The notes beneath the pieces are model-generated. The model did not search any database, was not told the DNA's origin, and saw only the letters and a program-made list of their open reading frames with translations. Of a stretch of DNA of 33,000 bases, positions 1 through 10,912 are shown one piece after another (position 1 is the first letter of the stretch; each line of letters begins with the position of its first letter). The stretch is from Dicyema japonicum. Taxonomy: Eukaryota > Animalia > Dicyemida. The DNA lies in contig RDEW01000003.1 of the NCBI GenBank assembly GCA_011109175.1, positions 341,001 to 374,000 of the forward strand, given 5' to 3'. The position numbers and the translations under genes were made by a program.

Positions 1-419
1 TCAATGACCTGATTTGAATGCGGAATAACAGTTGATGACACGCTAGTATTTTATTCAAAAACTCTAAAAATTAATAAATAAAAAATAAAAATCGATAAAA
101 ATTTTGACTTTATTGACCTAAAAATTAAATTTTGACCTTTTTGACATTACCCGAAATTTTGACTTTTTGTGACTTTATAATTTTTTATTTATATTATATT
201 TTTGATTAAAAATCACATTTTTATAAGTTTTAAACAATTTAAAAAAAACATGAATTTTTGACTTTATTGACAAAAAATCGCCCTAATAATCAGATAAGAC
301 TAAGTTCTATTCTTACTTTCTCATTGAATCCGATCTTTTATCTTTTTAATCAAGGTACCTTTGGAGTACTCAACAAACATCGATGAGTCAAATGAGTGGA
401 GACGGACATTTCGTTAGAA

Positions 420-670
420 AGAAGAATCGTAAAACACAGATTTGCCGTTCTGTGGGGATGTTGTCCACTCTGATTCCCTGGAAAATACCATTATGCTGAG
501 CAATATTACTATGAAGAGAAAACCTGGTCGACCGAGGACTTGGTGGCTATCCACGGTAGAAGACGTCACGGGAATACCTACATCAAGGCTACTCCAAATT
601 GCAACAGATCGGGGAGAGTGGAAAAAATTGGCTCATGAGATCTCCAAGGGTCTGACACGACTTAATTTGG
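420..670 (+). mobile_element. 3' end fragment of an RTE-clade non-LTR retrotransposon ORF
   Basis: Translation FCGDVVHSDSLENTIMLSNITMKRKPGRPRTWWLSTV...ATDRGEWKKLAHEISKGLTRL matches the RTE/BovB C-terminal pattern FGHV..DSLEK.IMLG...KR..GRP..RW...DR..W...H...S..RL. Confidence 0.8.
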
Positions 671-1020
671 ATAACATAACCTTTGGAGACTTGAATAAAG
701 TCGTATCACCTCGCTTTGGAAATTTGCTCATTTCTAAGAATATTAAAATTAGGAATACTCCGACAGATTAAAACGTTATCGTTTCTAGCTCACGTTTGTA
801 TTTCAACATTTATTTTATTTTTGATTGGAATGTGAAATTCCATTTTCCTTGAAATATGTAAAAAATATTTAGAGACTATAAGATAAAATTTGTCTTTTGT
901 AAAATTTATTAATAAATATTATTTAATTTTGCATTATAAAAATTATATTTACTAAATATTTTTATAAATTATAACGAATACTTATATCTGATATAATTAA
1001 TCATTGAAAAATAATTACGC

Positions 1021-1030
1021 TTTATAAATA
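1021..1030 (+). promoter_or_regulatory. TATA-like element about 30 nt upstream of the tRNA-Sec gene
   Basis: TTTATAAATA lies at -30 to -21 relative to the tRNA-Sec 5' end. Animal tRNA-Sec genes use upstream TATA-containing Pol III promoters. The region is AT-rich, so a chance match is possible. Confidence 0.45.
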
Positions 1031-1050
1031 TTAATTTTTTGAGAGTTATT

Positions 1051-1137
1051 GCCTGTCTGAGCTTCGGTGGTCCGGGGAATGGGCTTCAAACCCATGGCTG
1101 GCTAGCGCCAGAGTGGTTCGATTCCACCTGATAGGCG
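1051..1137 (+). tRNA. trnU: Selenocysteine tRNA (tRNA-Sec, anticodon UCA)
   Basis: 87 nt that fold into the eukaryotic 9/4 tRNA-Sec structure: 9-bp acceptor stem with the U-U pair, 6-bp D stem CTTCGG/CCGGGG, anticodon loop CTTCAAA, long variable arm CTGGC-TAGC-GCCAG, 4-bp T stem GTGG/CCAC and G discriminator. It is co-linear with vertebrate tRNA-Sec, with T-runs downstream. Confidence 0.96.
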
Positions 1138-1229
1138 TTTATTGTTTTTACGCGAAAATCGATATTGTTTAACGTGCATGCTTATCTTGCTGTACCTGGT
1201 CGACCTTTACTGAATTATATTTTTCATCC

Positions 1230-1452
1230 TACGAACTTCGCCGGGAATGCGGTACGCAGATATGGCTATAGGGAAGATTTAGCGATAGGCTTCTCTTGTT
1301 TATCACATCCCTGTCGATGTGATGACTAGATCGACAACCGCTGTACATCTTGGAGACCACCCAATGAGAAGAGCAGTAAAGAAACCTGGTTCTGGATGTA
1401 CATGTACGTGGCTTGGGACCGTAGGACTGGATACATTAGTTGTTGACTATGA
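1230..1452 (+). pseudogene. Degraded fragment duplicating part of 1996-2252 with an internal deletion; putative negative-strand RNA virus L-gene relic
   Basis: 1335-1452 is a close copy of 1996-2045 joined to 2185-2252 (acaaccgc...agagcagtaaag; ctggttctggatgtac...ttgttgactatga). Confidence 0.5.
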
Positions 1453-1479
1453 TTTTTTATCTACACTATCTCTCCCATA

Positions 1480-1660
1480 CAAAGGGCCCTAAACGACGTT
1501 GTCAGATAGGCTATGAATGAGGCCAGTTATTGGTCTTTGTTCAAATTTGTCGACTTTTGTTTGAGTGAAGAAAAACTGCTAGATGGGATTCTATCTTTCT
1601 GTGTGAAGTCAGTAAGTTTCTGATCTGGGACGTCACCTGCACGGATACATCTACCAGAAT
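1480..1660 (+). mobile_element. CRE-like non-LTR retrotransposon REL-endonuclease fragment
   Basis: Frame-disrupted ALNDVVR*AM...LDG...KFLIWDVTCTDT, the same motif set as the copy at 15380-15960. Confidence 0.65.
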
Positions 1661-1759
1661 TCGAGGTTTGCTCAGACATATGATTTTATGCTAATATAAA
1701 ATTTTCCAGTGACGTCTTATCTGATGACTTTTATCTCTGCCAATCATATTCCGTAGCTC

Positions 1760-2255
1760 CTTCAAGTTTGAGGTATTTGCTTCTTTCACAGTCAACTCTA
1801 AGGATTCTGTTGAAGATATCCTTAATATTCGGCTTGACGATCTTTATTGAGTTCAGCACAAACTGTCGACTAATTGGGATTGTGTGGAAGGAACTCGATT
1901 TTGACTTCCTTGGGGTTGAAGAATCTAAAGATCATGGACCTTTTGGGAAGACAGCGGATGTTGGCTTAAAAGAATAGTTTCTGTGATCGGAAACACAACC
2001 GCTCTACCTCTCGGAGACGACCCAATGAGAAGAGCAGTAAAGGAAGACATTCCATGTGGGTATCATCCTCCCCTTTGTAGGCATGGAATTACTTAGCTAT
2101 GACATTCAGTGTCAGTATTGCACGGAAAAGGTCCCCCACTCACTGTATGGGCTCCTACAACTTCAAGGATATTTCTTCCCTTCTGCTGGTTCTGGATGTA
2201 CTCGTACGTGACTAGGGACCGTAGGGACTGGATACATTAGTTGTTGACTATGAGA
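1760..2255 (+). pseudogene. Putative endogenous viral element: Mononegavirales-like L gene fragment (motif D to LP.xGG region)
   Basis: IFGL...WKEL and VPHSLYGL (P.SLGG-like). The 3' part (gggactggatacattagttgttgact) is homologous to 29414-29443 of another L-like copy. Confidence 0.45.
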
Positions 2256-2789
2256 ATTACCACCACCAAACCCAATGTTTTAAATTCGGTTAGCGAACCT
2301 AATTAGGCGTGATTACAATTTATAACAAATTTTACCGGGGAAAGGATAATGAACGCGGAAACTAACTATCTGACAATGACTCAAATGCTGTTCGTTAGAT
2401 ATAGCATACTCACCATAAATACTCTCCTCATTGTAACGTGAAGATTAACATCTTAGATTGTTTCCTTAGTAGAAATCGTGTACGCATCCTCAGTAATTAA
2501 AATGATGAACAAAATTATGAAATTTCATATTTTATATGTAATTCCGATATACTTGGTTATTTCTGCCCTCATCAGAATCACTGGAGCGTTTCTTTTAGTA
2601 AAAATAGTGTTTAGGAAAAGCTATATGATGCTTTTTACTGTAAAAGCTTGGCTGATTTTAGGGATTTGGCTGTCTGTTATTCTCTCTCATGACGGACACG
2701 AGCTGTTATGGTTATTTTTTTCTTTGGAAATTCAATGTTTTCCGAATTTTTATTTGCAGATCTTTAAGGTGATCAAATGCACGCTAATC

Positions 2790-3080
2790 GAACAGATAAT
2801 GAACTACCACCAACCCAGCAAAAACCCCCTTACATCGGTAGTCAAATAGTTCAACCCCCTAGTCTGAGTGCTGCGGTGTCTATTCTTCTAAAGACTGGAA
2901 TTATACTTTATTCTTTCAAAAATATAAAAGTTACCCACCTCAGTGCTGCCTGAATCACATGAAATGCTCTTCTCCCTCAGAGACATTCCCTCAAGTTCGA
3001 TAGTTGGTTATTTGAGGGGTGTTACGTCAAAATTGTGAATAGCTACGGAAATGCCATTCCACTGAGTATTTACATGATTT
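2790..3080 (+). pseudogene. Putative endogenous viral element: L capping (PRNTase) domain fragment
   Basis: KPPYIGSQIVQPPSLSAAVSILL then, after a shift, DWNY. This resembles PY(I/L)GSxT followed by the L..A..I....W.Y helix of mononegaviral L proteins. PYIGS is at 2828-2842. Confidence 0.6.
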
Positions 3081-3309
3081 TTAACGGAATCATCACAGTA
3101 ATGGTATATTTGAATTTTAGATTATTTCATTTTGCGCCATTTTCTCATTCTTTTTCGTATTCAGGTTGAGACAGAGAAGAATCGTTAAAAGTCGGAGAAA
3201 TTCTTAATTTTTATTAACGAGAATTAAAATGTGATATTTTTTGATTTATTTAAATTTTGGAATGATTTGCCTATATAGGGTTTCACAGCTGAACTATCCA
3301 GAAAGGTCA

Positions 3310-3585
3310 TACAACGGCCTTCCTGGCATGGCTATTCACTCTTAGGATGGGGAGCGAACGCTCACGGGGATCTCTGTTCGTGAAAAAATCCGATTCCTAG
3401 ACGACTCGGGAATTCTAAGTTGCATGCGCAAGTGAACCAGACGTTTCAACTGAGAGTGGAACAAACAAAATATCCTCGGGTAGGATCGCGTACTTTGCCA
3501 ATTTTGACCTCTCGGCCTTCTCAGCGGCAGAACATGCTCCAGAGGCACTCTGATGTAGGTTGCAAGGGGCGAATGTGCCAATCAA
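3310..3585 (-). mobile_element. CRE-like non-LTR retrotransposon 3' end fragment
   Basis: GTFAPCNLHQSASGACSAAEKAERSKLAKYAILPEDILFVPLSVETSGSLA; nucleotide-similar to 24129-24317. Confidence 0.8.
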
Positions 3586-3619
3586 TATTAACTCAAATTC
3601 ACAAATTCATCTCTTGAGC

Positions 3620-4990
3620 CTCCTCAATGTCTACAGAAAGTAGAAGGATCAGAGCATTAAAACCTCTGCCTGGGTGAGGAACACCAATCCTGGTGGATAA
3701 ACCATGCACTTCTTTCAGTGGTATTCATTGAGCGCAACCGCAAACTAGTTAACCACATGACGTGGAACTTGGTTATTTTGCTCCCTCCCCTAAGATTTAA
3801 TGATTTTGTTAATTAGGGAGACCATTGTAGCATTATCCTTAGAGTCTTCAGGTGATAGAACCAATTGCTAAAAGGAACGTAGCAACCTAAAGAGATCAGT
3901 CAGATGGCGAGGAAATAGAAGACAGACTAGAGAGAGGTACCCCATCTTGTAGAGGCCACAGTGACGGAACTAGTTGTCCGATTTTATTCACGTAGTCTTG
4001 TAAAGTCTTATGGGGGCCTCAAGTGGACACGAACTTCCTGGGGTAGGGAAGCTTAGCCTCTATCAATGTTCTGTGGCAGACGCCCTAAAATCTTTTTGAT
4101 ATCAAGGTTTTTGATGGCATAAGTGGAAACCTAACCGTGAATCATTTTGATGCCTAAATAAGTAGTCTTTGTTTTCAGAAAAGATCTGAGATTGCGAATT
4201 TTGCATCCAAGGGTTGGTATGATCCTCCATATATTTGCGGAGAGCCACAGGCTGTGGGCTGGATGATCTGATGTTTTAAATTTGTCGAGGAATCGTAGAC
4301 CAAGGAATGCTTCGACGTTTTGAGTCCGTTACCTCCTCCATGATCACAGGAAGAAAGGAGACACGTGCTTTCATCGACCATGATTGATGTAGATTAAAAT
4401 GTGGGCCACCTTGATGGTTGACTAGAAGGCCCTCCTCCTTTTCATCTATAGTCCCCATACACTAGACAGGTAACCCTCTGTCACTATCGAACTGACCTGA
4501 CCCTAAGTTCCACCCATAAATCGATTAACCGTCGAAAAGTCAGTCAAGTGGAATAGTCACACTTCACAAAATATTTTATCTCCTCAATGACTAATATAAC
4601 CTCATGCTGAGGAGATATCTGGTAGACAAAGGTTCTGGTTCTGATATGATCCGCACTACAGTCTTAAAACTGCGGAAAGGAGTGCCTAACAACAAGACTA
4701 GGACAAATATGGTCTCCCAAAAACTGAGAACAAAATAATCCCTTTTAAGGGCGATTTAAGGTTGATGTATTTGTCTCCATTATAAAAGTGGTTAAAAGAT
4801 CAACGCTATCCAGAGAGGGGTATTCAAAGTTAGGGTGGGTGACTTCTGAAAAACACTCTCCATCGATTCGTCAGGAATCCTAATCCGTAAAAACCGAGGG
4901 GCGAGCTCATGCAACTATGAGCATCAAAATCAACGCCCTATACGTGCATGTATAAGATCGAAGGAGAGACATCGAAGTAAGACGAGGTCA
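3620..4990 (+). pseudogene. Mosaic of putative Mononegavirales-like L gene fragments (post-RdRp and capping regions)
   Basis: ESVTSSMITGRKETRAFIDH at about 4322-4381 is homologous to the repeat family at 5220, 16570, 19990, 29700 and 32030. YSKLGWVTSE...SSCNYEHQ at about 4820-4930 resembles filovirus L SRLTWVT...SGNIVHR. Many stops and frameshifts. Confidence 0.55.
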
Positions 4991-5099
4991 GTGCTGTAGT
5001 GTGTCGGGATCATTTCAGAAAACAGTCAACAGGTGTTATAGAAATAATATTGACATCAAAACGGTCCTTAACGTCCTCAACAACAACCGTTTCAATAAT

Positions 5100-5830
5100 T
5101 GTTAACACGCTTTGGTTAACATCAAAGAATCATTAACTATCATCCTATACGATCAACTTCTGAGAGATCCCACGAGTTCTTTCAATTTGGGTACGGAGAT
5201 TCGGAAGTGTCTTAAGACAGAACTTCGGGTTTCTGATGTCTCCCACATTCGTCCCCTCGTCAATTAAGACGAAGACGTGGGCTTGTACATCACCAACCCA
5301 ACCTTCCTAACTTGGGTAATTGATTCTCAAAAATTCCTTTGAATTCTTTGCATAATTATTCATGAAAATAAATTTTATGTTTGTTAGTGCAGAGATTCTG
5401 AAGGACATCCAGATCATAGGTACGAAGAGATCCTTTCAGAATGGAAGAGAGACGGTCTCGTTAAAGAAAGCAAATAAGTTCTGGAAGTTAGAAAGCTATA
5501 ACAACCTCCCTTCAGTTTTACCGCCAATAGTAGCACTCAAATCAAATCAACCTTGGCACACCTTTATTGAGGTTTGCTGGAATACCAGGATTTCTTATCT
5601 GACCAAATTTCCCGCTTAAAATAATTTATACAGCAAGAGTAAGAAAAGACAAACTGTATCTGAAAGACAATCTGAGTCCGAACAAGATGATTAGAGATCC
5701 ACAATGCTCCTGTACCACCTCATGGGAGATTACCCTCTCCTCCAACTGTCCCTCCATCACACTTATAGTTTTTGAGCCGAATAGTATTGAAAATGTCCGC
5801 GTTTCCAATGAGTGCTCAGTTCGACGTTAG
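5100..5830 (+). pseudogene. Putative endogenous viral element: L gene fragment from post-RdRp into the capping domain
   Basis: NFGFLMSP...FVSAEILKDIQIIGTKRSFQNGRETVSL...CSCTTSW. Co-linear with VSV L (DPTSLNIAMGMSP...FLSEFKS...FQNSRT...CS...SWG) and paramyxovirus L (ASDPYSANL...HEILD). Confidence 0.65.
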
Positions 5831-6494
5831 AACTGAAAACGAAAGGTTAAGGCATCAAAGACATTTGTCCAGTAGAGCAGGTCGCCAGTGAGTCATTATC
5901 AGGCCATTTGGCCAATAAATCAATCGCCTGTTTAGAAAAACAAAGCATTTATTGATAATGGAAAAAACACAAGGCTTAAATAAACAATTGAGTTTAAATC
6001 AAAAATTTTCAATTTGGCAGTAAATTACCATCAATAACGTGCCAATGGACAAAATCTCCCTCATTGACGTAAATCTTAACCTCAACAATTATTTTTCCCA
6101 AACTAAAGCAATCTACGTACCCACATAAAGTTACTTTTGAGATCCACAAAACCAAATTTAATCAAATCGACTATCTTTTCGAGATCCTTAGTGTAAACCT
6201 TCCATTACTTAGTTAGTTACCCCAACCTTACCAATATGTAGGAGGGCCTGCTGTTATCAAGAGAGCAGTTGGGAGTGTTTGTCGCTCCCACAGATCCCTT
6301 AGAGTCATTCAACCTTTAATTTTCTTTGCATTGAAATATTAAACTTAAAATAAATTGATCAAAACTACTAATTAATAATATTATTATTTTATTTATATAA
6401 ATAATAGTAAATAAATATATTTATATTTTTAAATAGTGAATAAATTTTAATATTTTACTCTGTAGTTGTTGCTATTTTTTTCCCAGATCATTGA

Positions 6495-7010
6495 ATGTTT
6501 AACCCAATTGAACTTGAACTAGAGTCAACTCTTAAATGTATTGAAGGATTATTGTGGAAGAAAGTCAGAAGCCATTCCCTAAAAGAGTTTGTCACCAATC
6601 TGAGATATGTTCTTTACGAGAAGTTTGTTATCGCGTGGGATCCATCGAACCCATACTTTGGAAGTGCCTCTCGGTGCATCCGGAACCACCCAATGCAAGC
6701 AGACGACAGCATTTTGAAGGCTTGTGAAAAAGGAGGACATTCTGCCAACGATTCCAGAAGGATATTGGAAGCCCTCGGTGAGTCTACCATTTGGACTGAT
6801 CCCAACTCAGTTGTTATGAAGAAGGATGACGAAAGTGCCCCAGTTACCATTTATCCGTTAAAGGAAGTTGAATATTCGCAGAACAGCTTATATAACGTTT
6901 TAATTCCCTCCGAAATGTACTGCTATTACGACGATTACTATTTGAGTCCTTATGGATCGAATCATCAGATTGCTGTTCCCTCCGATGTTACTGATAATCT
7001 AACATACTAA
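6495..7010 (+). CDS. BTG: BTG/Tob antiproliferative family protein (intronless CDS, 171 aa)
   Basis: Box A-like AWDPSNPYFGSASRCIR and box B-like ESTIWTDPNSVVMKKDDESAPVTIY; intact ORF following an AT-rich promoter-like tract. Confidence 0.9.
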   Translation: MFNPIELELESTLKCIEGLLWKKVRSHSLKEFVTNLRYVLYEKFVIAWDPSNPYFGSASRCIRNHPMQADDSILKACEKGGHSANDSRRILEALGESTIWTDPNSVVMKKDDESAPVTIYPLKEVEYSQNSLYNVLIPSEMYCYYDDYYLSPYGSNHQIAVPSDVTDNLTY

Positions 7011-7190
7011 TTATTATTTGCCTAACATTGTATGTATTTAGTGTTTTTGTTTGTTTTCCTTACTTTAATGTAGAGCTGTTTACTTTACGGATCGCTTGGT
7101 TATTCAGCGTGAAATTCCTTGATTTTAGTAAACTGTGGGTTTTTGATTTCAAACAGACAAGATTGTGTGGCAAAGCTGTTTTGATGTGAC

Positions 7191-7406
7191 GATATGCGCT
7201 TTATGTAGAGTAGGTGGATTATGTGACGAGGCTTGTTTTTACGGATTGTATTTCATGAAACTGCGGGGTTTTGTTTCGAGCCACAGTAAAGTTGGTGGGT
7301 GTTGTGTGGCTGCACATGCTTTGAGAGTAGCGTTATGTGGGGATATGTGCTTTTTGTGGAGTAGGTGGATTACGCGACTGCGTTAGGCTTGGGATTGAAT
7401 TTCATG
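7191..7406 (+). repeat. Imperfect direct repeat (period about 150 nt) downstream of BTG
   Basis: gatatgcgctttatgtagagtaggtggattatgtgac...ggattgtatttcatg (7191-7257) versus gatatgtgctttttgtggagtaggtggattacgcgac...ggattgaatttcatg (7342-7406). Confidence 0.7.
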
Positions 7407-9084
7407 CCTAAATTACCACGAAAGTGTTTGGTTGTGTTTCCGGAAAAGGATTATCTTAAGCTGATTGGTGGTGTGGGTTATTCACCAATGCTAATGGTAC
7501 ACGTCATTATGATTCATCGTCGACCTTGATTATTCGACCAAGTGTAAGGAATCCAATAAGAGGGTTAACTCAGACAATTAAATTTATGCCAAATAAGACA
7601 AGAAGCACAAATTTTTAATAGCCAAATTAAGCAGGTCAAATTTCCACAAAATCCATTAATTAAATTAATTAGGAAAAATATTAAAAAATGTAGATTTTAA
7701 GGAACCTCAGGGATTCTAGGGCCAAATCCACTTTTTTCTTTCAAGGAATTGATTGTTGATAGCAAAAGGAGGCAAGGAACACATTTCTGTACGAATTGTA
7801 ACAAGGAATGCACCCCCAATCACAAAAGTTGTATACTTGTCCAGATAGTAAGGATATGTCACGTTGTTCCAATATCAGTGAAAGGTCAATAATGTATTAT
7901 TTACGTTTGGCAATTAAAAGTTCAAATCTCCTGAAAAAATGCCTGTCAGCGTCCTGAAACTACTCAAATGTGAAATTAGAAGATATGAAGGTACTAATCG
8001 ATTACAAAAGGAACAAAAAACATCGGGTTGTCATGGTAACACAAAAGTGCACAATATTGAAAAATTGTTTGAATAAAATCATACGATATGACATCAGTTA
8101 AGATGATCGTGACCCGTAAAAATCTAGAAGACGATGATTTATTTTGTCGATGAAAATTGTACAAAAGTATTAAGTCACGTGCTATATAATATTTTATTCG
8201 AAACCATTGTGCAGTCATGCTCCAGTTGCCAGGAGAAAGTGGGAATTCATAGGCATTGGGAAAGCCATCTAGAAAAGTCTCTGAGTCGTGTCACAGCCAC
8301 TGACGACTACATTCATACCCAACCCCAACGCGTCGAAGGTTTAGAAAGGTGAATCATAATAACTGTCATTCTATGCGTGACGCTTCTGACACGTGATCTC
8401 TCAAATTCATTCAATTTCGGACTGGAGGAGATTTGAACTAAAGTCCTACGCGCACTCAACACCTTTTTTGCTAAAACAACAAGTTTTCGATGCTCCTGAT
8501 TACCCAACCTGACCCATGCCCACGAAAAGATGAGAGCTTCCATTCATCATAAAACTAAGTTGGCATTTCGTCAATCGAGGTGCGTCACCACATCGACCTT
8601 TAAACCAATTAACTTTGTTTATTAGATTTTTAAAAAAACGACAACAAAATCAATTTAATTATTTCGAGTGGCCAATTAATTCTAATCAGGATAATTTAAT
8701 TAATTTATTTCTCGGTTGAAATACAATGGTTTCAAGTGACTGAGACATTAAAGAGCATCAGTTATAGCAAGACTGAAGACAATCCCGTCCGAACAGTCTA
8801 ATCTTAAAACCTTGACTGTTTACGAAATTATAAACTCCAACCTTGACCACCTGTCGTTTTACTGACGTTAGTTATTGATTTGCGGTTTTAACAATAACTT
8901 AGTCTAGCAACTCTAAATTTTAATATTTCCCGCTTATCTTTCCTGGTTTTCCTTGTTTGATTCAGTTTACGAAGGTGGAACTGGTCACGTGGCTCTTTCA
9001 AAGATGTCTTGTAGCTCATCCCGGATCGATCGTCATCGTCTCCGTGGGTAGACTAGTTGAAGAACCAACATCACCTATGCCGTA

Positions 9085-9990
9085 GTTTACAGATTATTAT
9101 TAACCAGAAAACCACCGTCATAACCAAAATAAACAAAATTCAGGGGACAGTCTTCGCATCTTTTCTCGGTGTTCTGACTGCGTTCCTGTGATTTCTGATA
9201 TGGACGAGGTCCGCATACTCGAGTCCTTCGCATGGGCACTATTCCAGTCGCCTCTATCATATTTTCAAGGTTTTTGGGCAGGATTTCCACACTGGAAGAT
9301 TTCCTTACTAGGTTTGCTGCCTTCACTTGAATGTTGCAGATCTTGTCCAAATTCGTTGCAGCAAAGGTTAGATCCCCATATATTACATGTGTATCCTATT
9401 GTAGACTCGATGAACTGTTTGTATATGACATCCAGTCCACTCAGATTTTTTTGTTTCTTAGGTTTCCCAAGAACGCCTTCAGGAAGTTGATTTTCCTCGT
9501 ACAAGTCAATAACATATTTTCGACGTGTTTTGTAAAGGTTAAGAAGGTGTCAAAGGTAATTCCCAGGATTTTCGGAATTTGTTTGCGGGGTATTTTTCCC
9601 ATCCAGTGTGACGTCAATTGATACTTTCCCTAGTCTCCTGTTTGTCGTGAATAGGTCAACACCGACTTCTCCGGGGTAGAGTCAATTGATTTTCCCAAAG
9701 CCATAAACTTAGTTTATTCAGATTGTCCTGTACTCTTTTCGTTGCTTCGATAATACTCACATCCCTCGAAGCAATGACTATATCATCCGCATACGTTAAT
9801 AATATGTCATCGTCCCCCTGTGGGAGTGGCAAGTCATTCATCATAAGGTTAAACAAGAGGGGAGATAATATATTTTGTGCATGCTAATCTTCCTCGAAGC
9901 AGCGTCAAAAGCCTTCAATTGAGCATGCAATCGTCTTTTTCTGTCCTGGTCTTTTGTTAAGGCCATCTGTTATGAACTCCTTTAATGTAT
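9085..9990 (-). mobile_element. Degenerate LINE reverse-transcriptase fragment
   Basis: KAFD...PLLFNLMMNDLP...LTYADDIVI...LGITFD...YKQFIESTIGY, with frameshifts. Confidence 0.85.
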
Positions 9991-10189
9991 TTATGTGTGA
10001 GATAGAATTCCCACAATATGTAATGGAGGAACATAGGTGATCTATATATTGTAGAATAATGTAATTCAAAATTTAATAAATAAATTATTTTTCTTTTTGA
10101 CTTTGTTGATAAAAATTGTCCTAGCTTATTCGTGCAGTCTTCATTATTTATAACGTTAATTTCTCAATAACCCAGGATATAATAATAAG

Positions 10190-10489
10190 AGCATTTTCAC
10201 GAGAGCCATAATATCTTAGCTCCGCATAGGCAGGACACACACTTTATTTAAGTAAAGAACAGTTAATTTTAACTAATCGTAGAACCGAGGAATGATCTTC
10301 ACCTCTTTTTTTCTTTTTCTTGTGTGTGGGTCCTTTTTAAACTATCCAGTTCCGCAGTGAATATCCACTGATGACGGCGTCACTCGTCAAGTCCCTTTAG
10401 CATCGTAGATGCGTGGAACCTTCCACCAGGTGAACAGCAGCGAGGATCGAACCCATAACATAAACCACTTTGCCCGACACCACTATGCC
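10190..10489 (-). mobile_element. tRNA-derived SINE, family 1
   Basis: Reverse-complement copy of 31406-31710, with head ggcatagtgg..., B box GGTTCGATCC and shared body gacgagtgacgccgtcatcagtggatattcactgcggaact. Confidence 0.85.
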
Positions 10490-10569
10490 AACCCAGGATA
10501 TACCTGAAATAAGTTTTATCAAGGTACAACGCATCATTTCCAAAATCACGTACACCCATATCTGCCATT

Positions 10570-10670
10570 GTGGGAATTCATCAGCTGGAGTGGGGAGGAG
10601 AAAGACCTTTGTTGGATTCGAACCAGGAACTGAGCGTCTCCTAAATCAAACAATCTATCCTAGGGGGTGA
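10570..10670 (-). mobile_element. Possible additional tRNA-derived SINE head
   Basis: B box GGTTCGAATCC on the minus strand between two other SINEs; single copy in this window. Confidence 0.35.
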
Positions 10671-10684
10671 AGGAGACAAATAGC

Positions 10685-10782
10685 TGAAGGAATCCTTCCA
10701 CAAGATAGGCAACAGTATGACAATCGAACCCACAGCTAATCACGACACGAGTAACAGCACTAACCACTACGTTACCGGGTCT
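10685..10782 (-). mobile_element. tRNA-derived SINE head, family 2
   Basis: GTAGTGGTTAG (A box) and GGTTCGATT (B box) followed by gaaggattcct; homologous to 28280-28345 and 30125-30215. Confidence 0.75.
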
Positions 10783-10912
10783 CTAAGCTTTATAATAAAT
10801 GGAAACAAAATTTAAAATGTATAACAGAAAAATCTGATATCGGAAATAAATAATTTAAATATTTTTATTAAAAAAATAAATAATTAAAAATTAAAAATAA
10901 TTACTTTGTTGT

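Noticed and set aside
90-280. Recurrent TTTTGACTTT(A/T)TTGAC motifs as a CRISPR-like or transposon subterminal array
   Set aside because: Irregular spacing in low-complexity AT-rich DNA, eukaryotic context, and no terminal inverted repeat seen.
2478-2849. 123-aa hydrophobic ORF
   Set aside because: Non-ATG start, composition explained by AT richness, no recognisable family, and it overlaps an L-like fragment in another frame.
10368-10400. CTGATGA as a hammerhead ribozyme core (also at 13164)
   Set aside because: No GAAA follows a stem II; it is simply the antisense of the SINE core.
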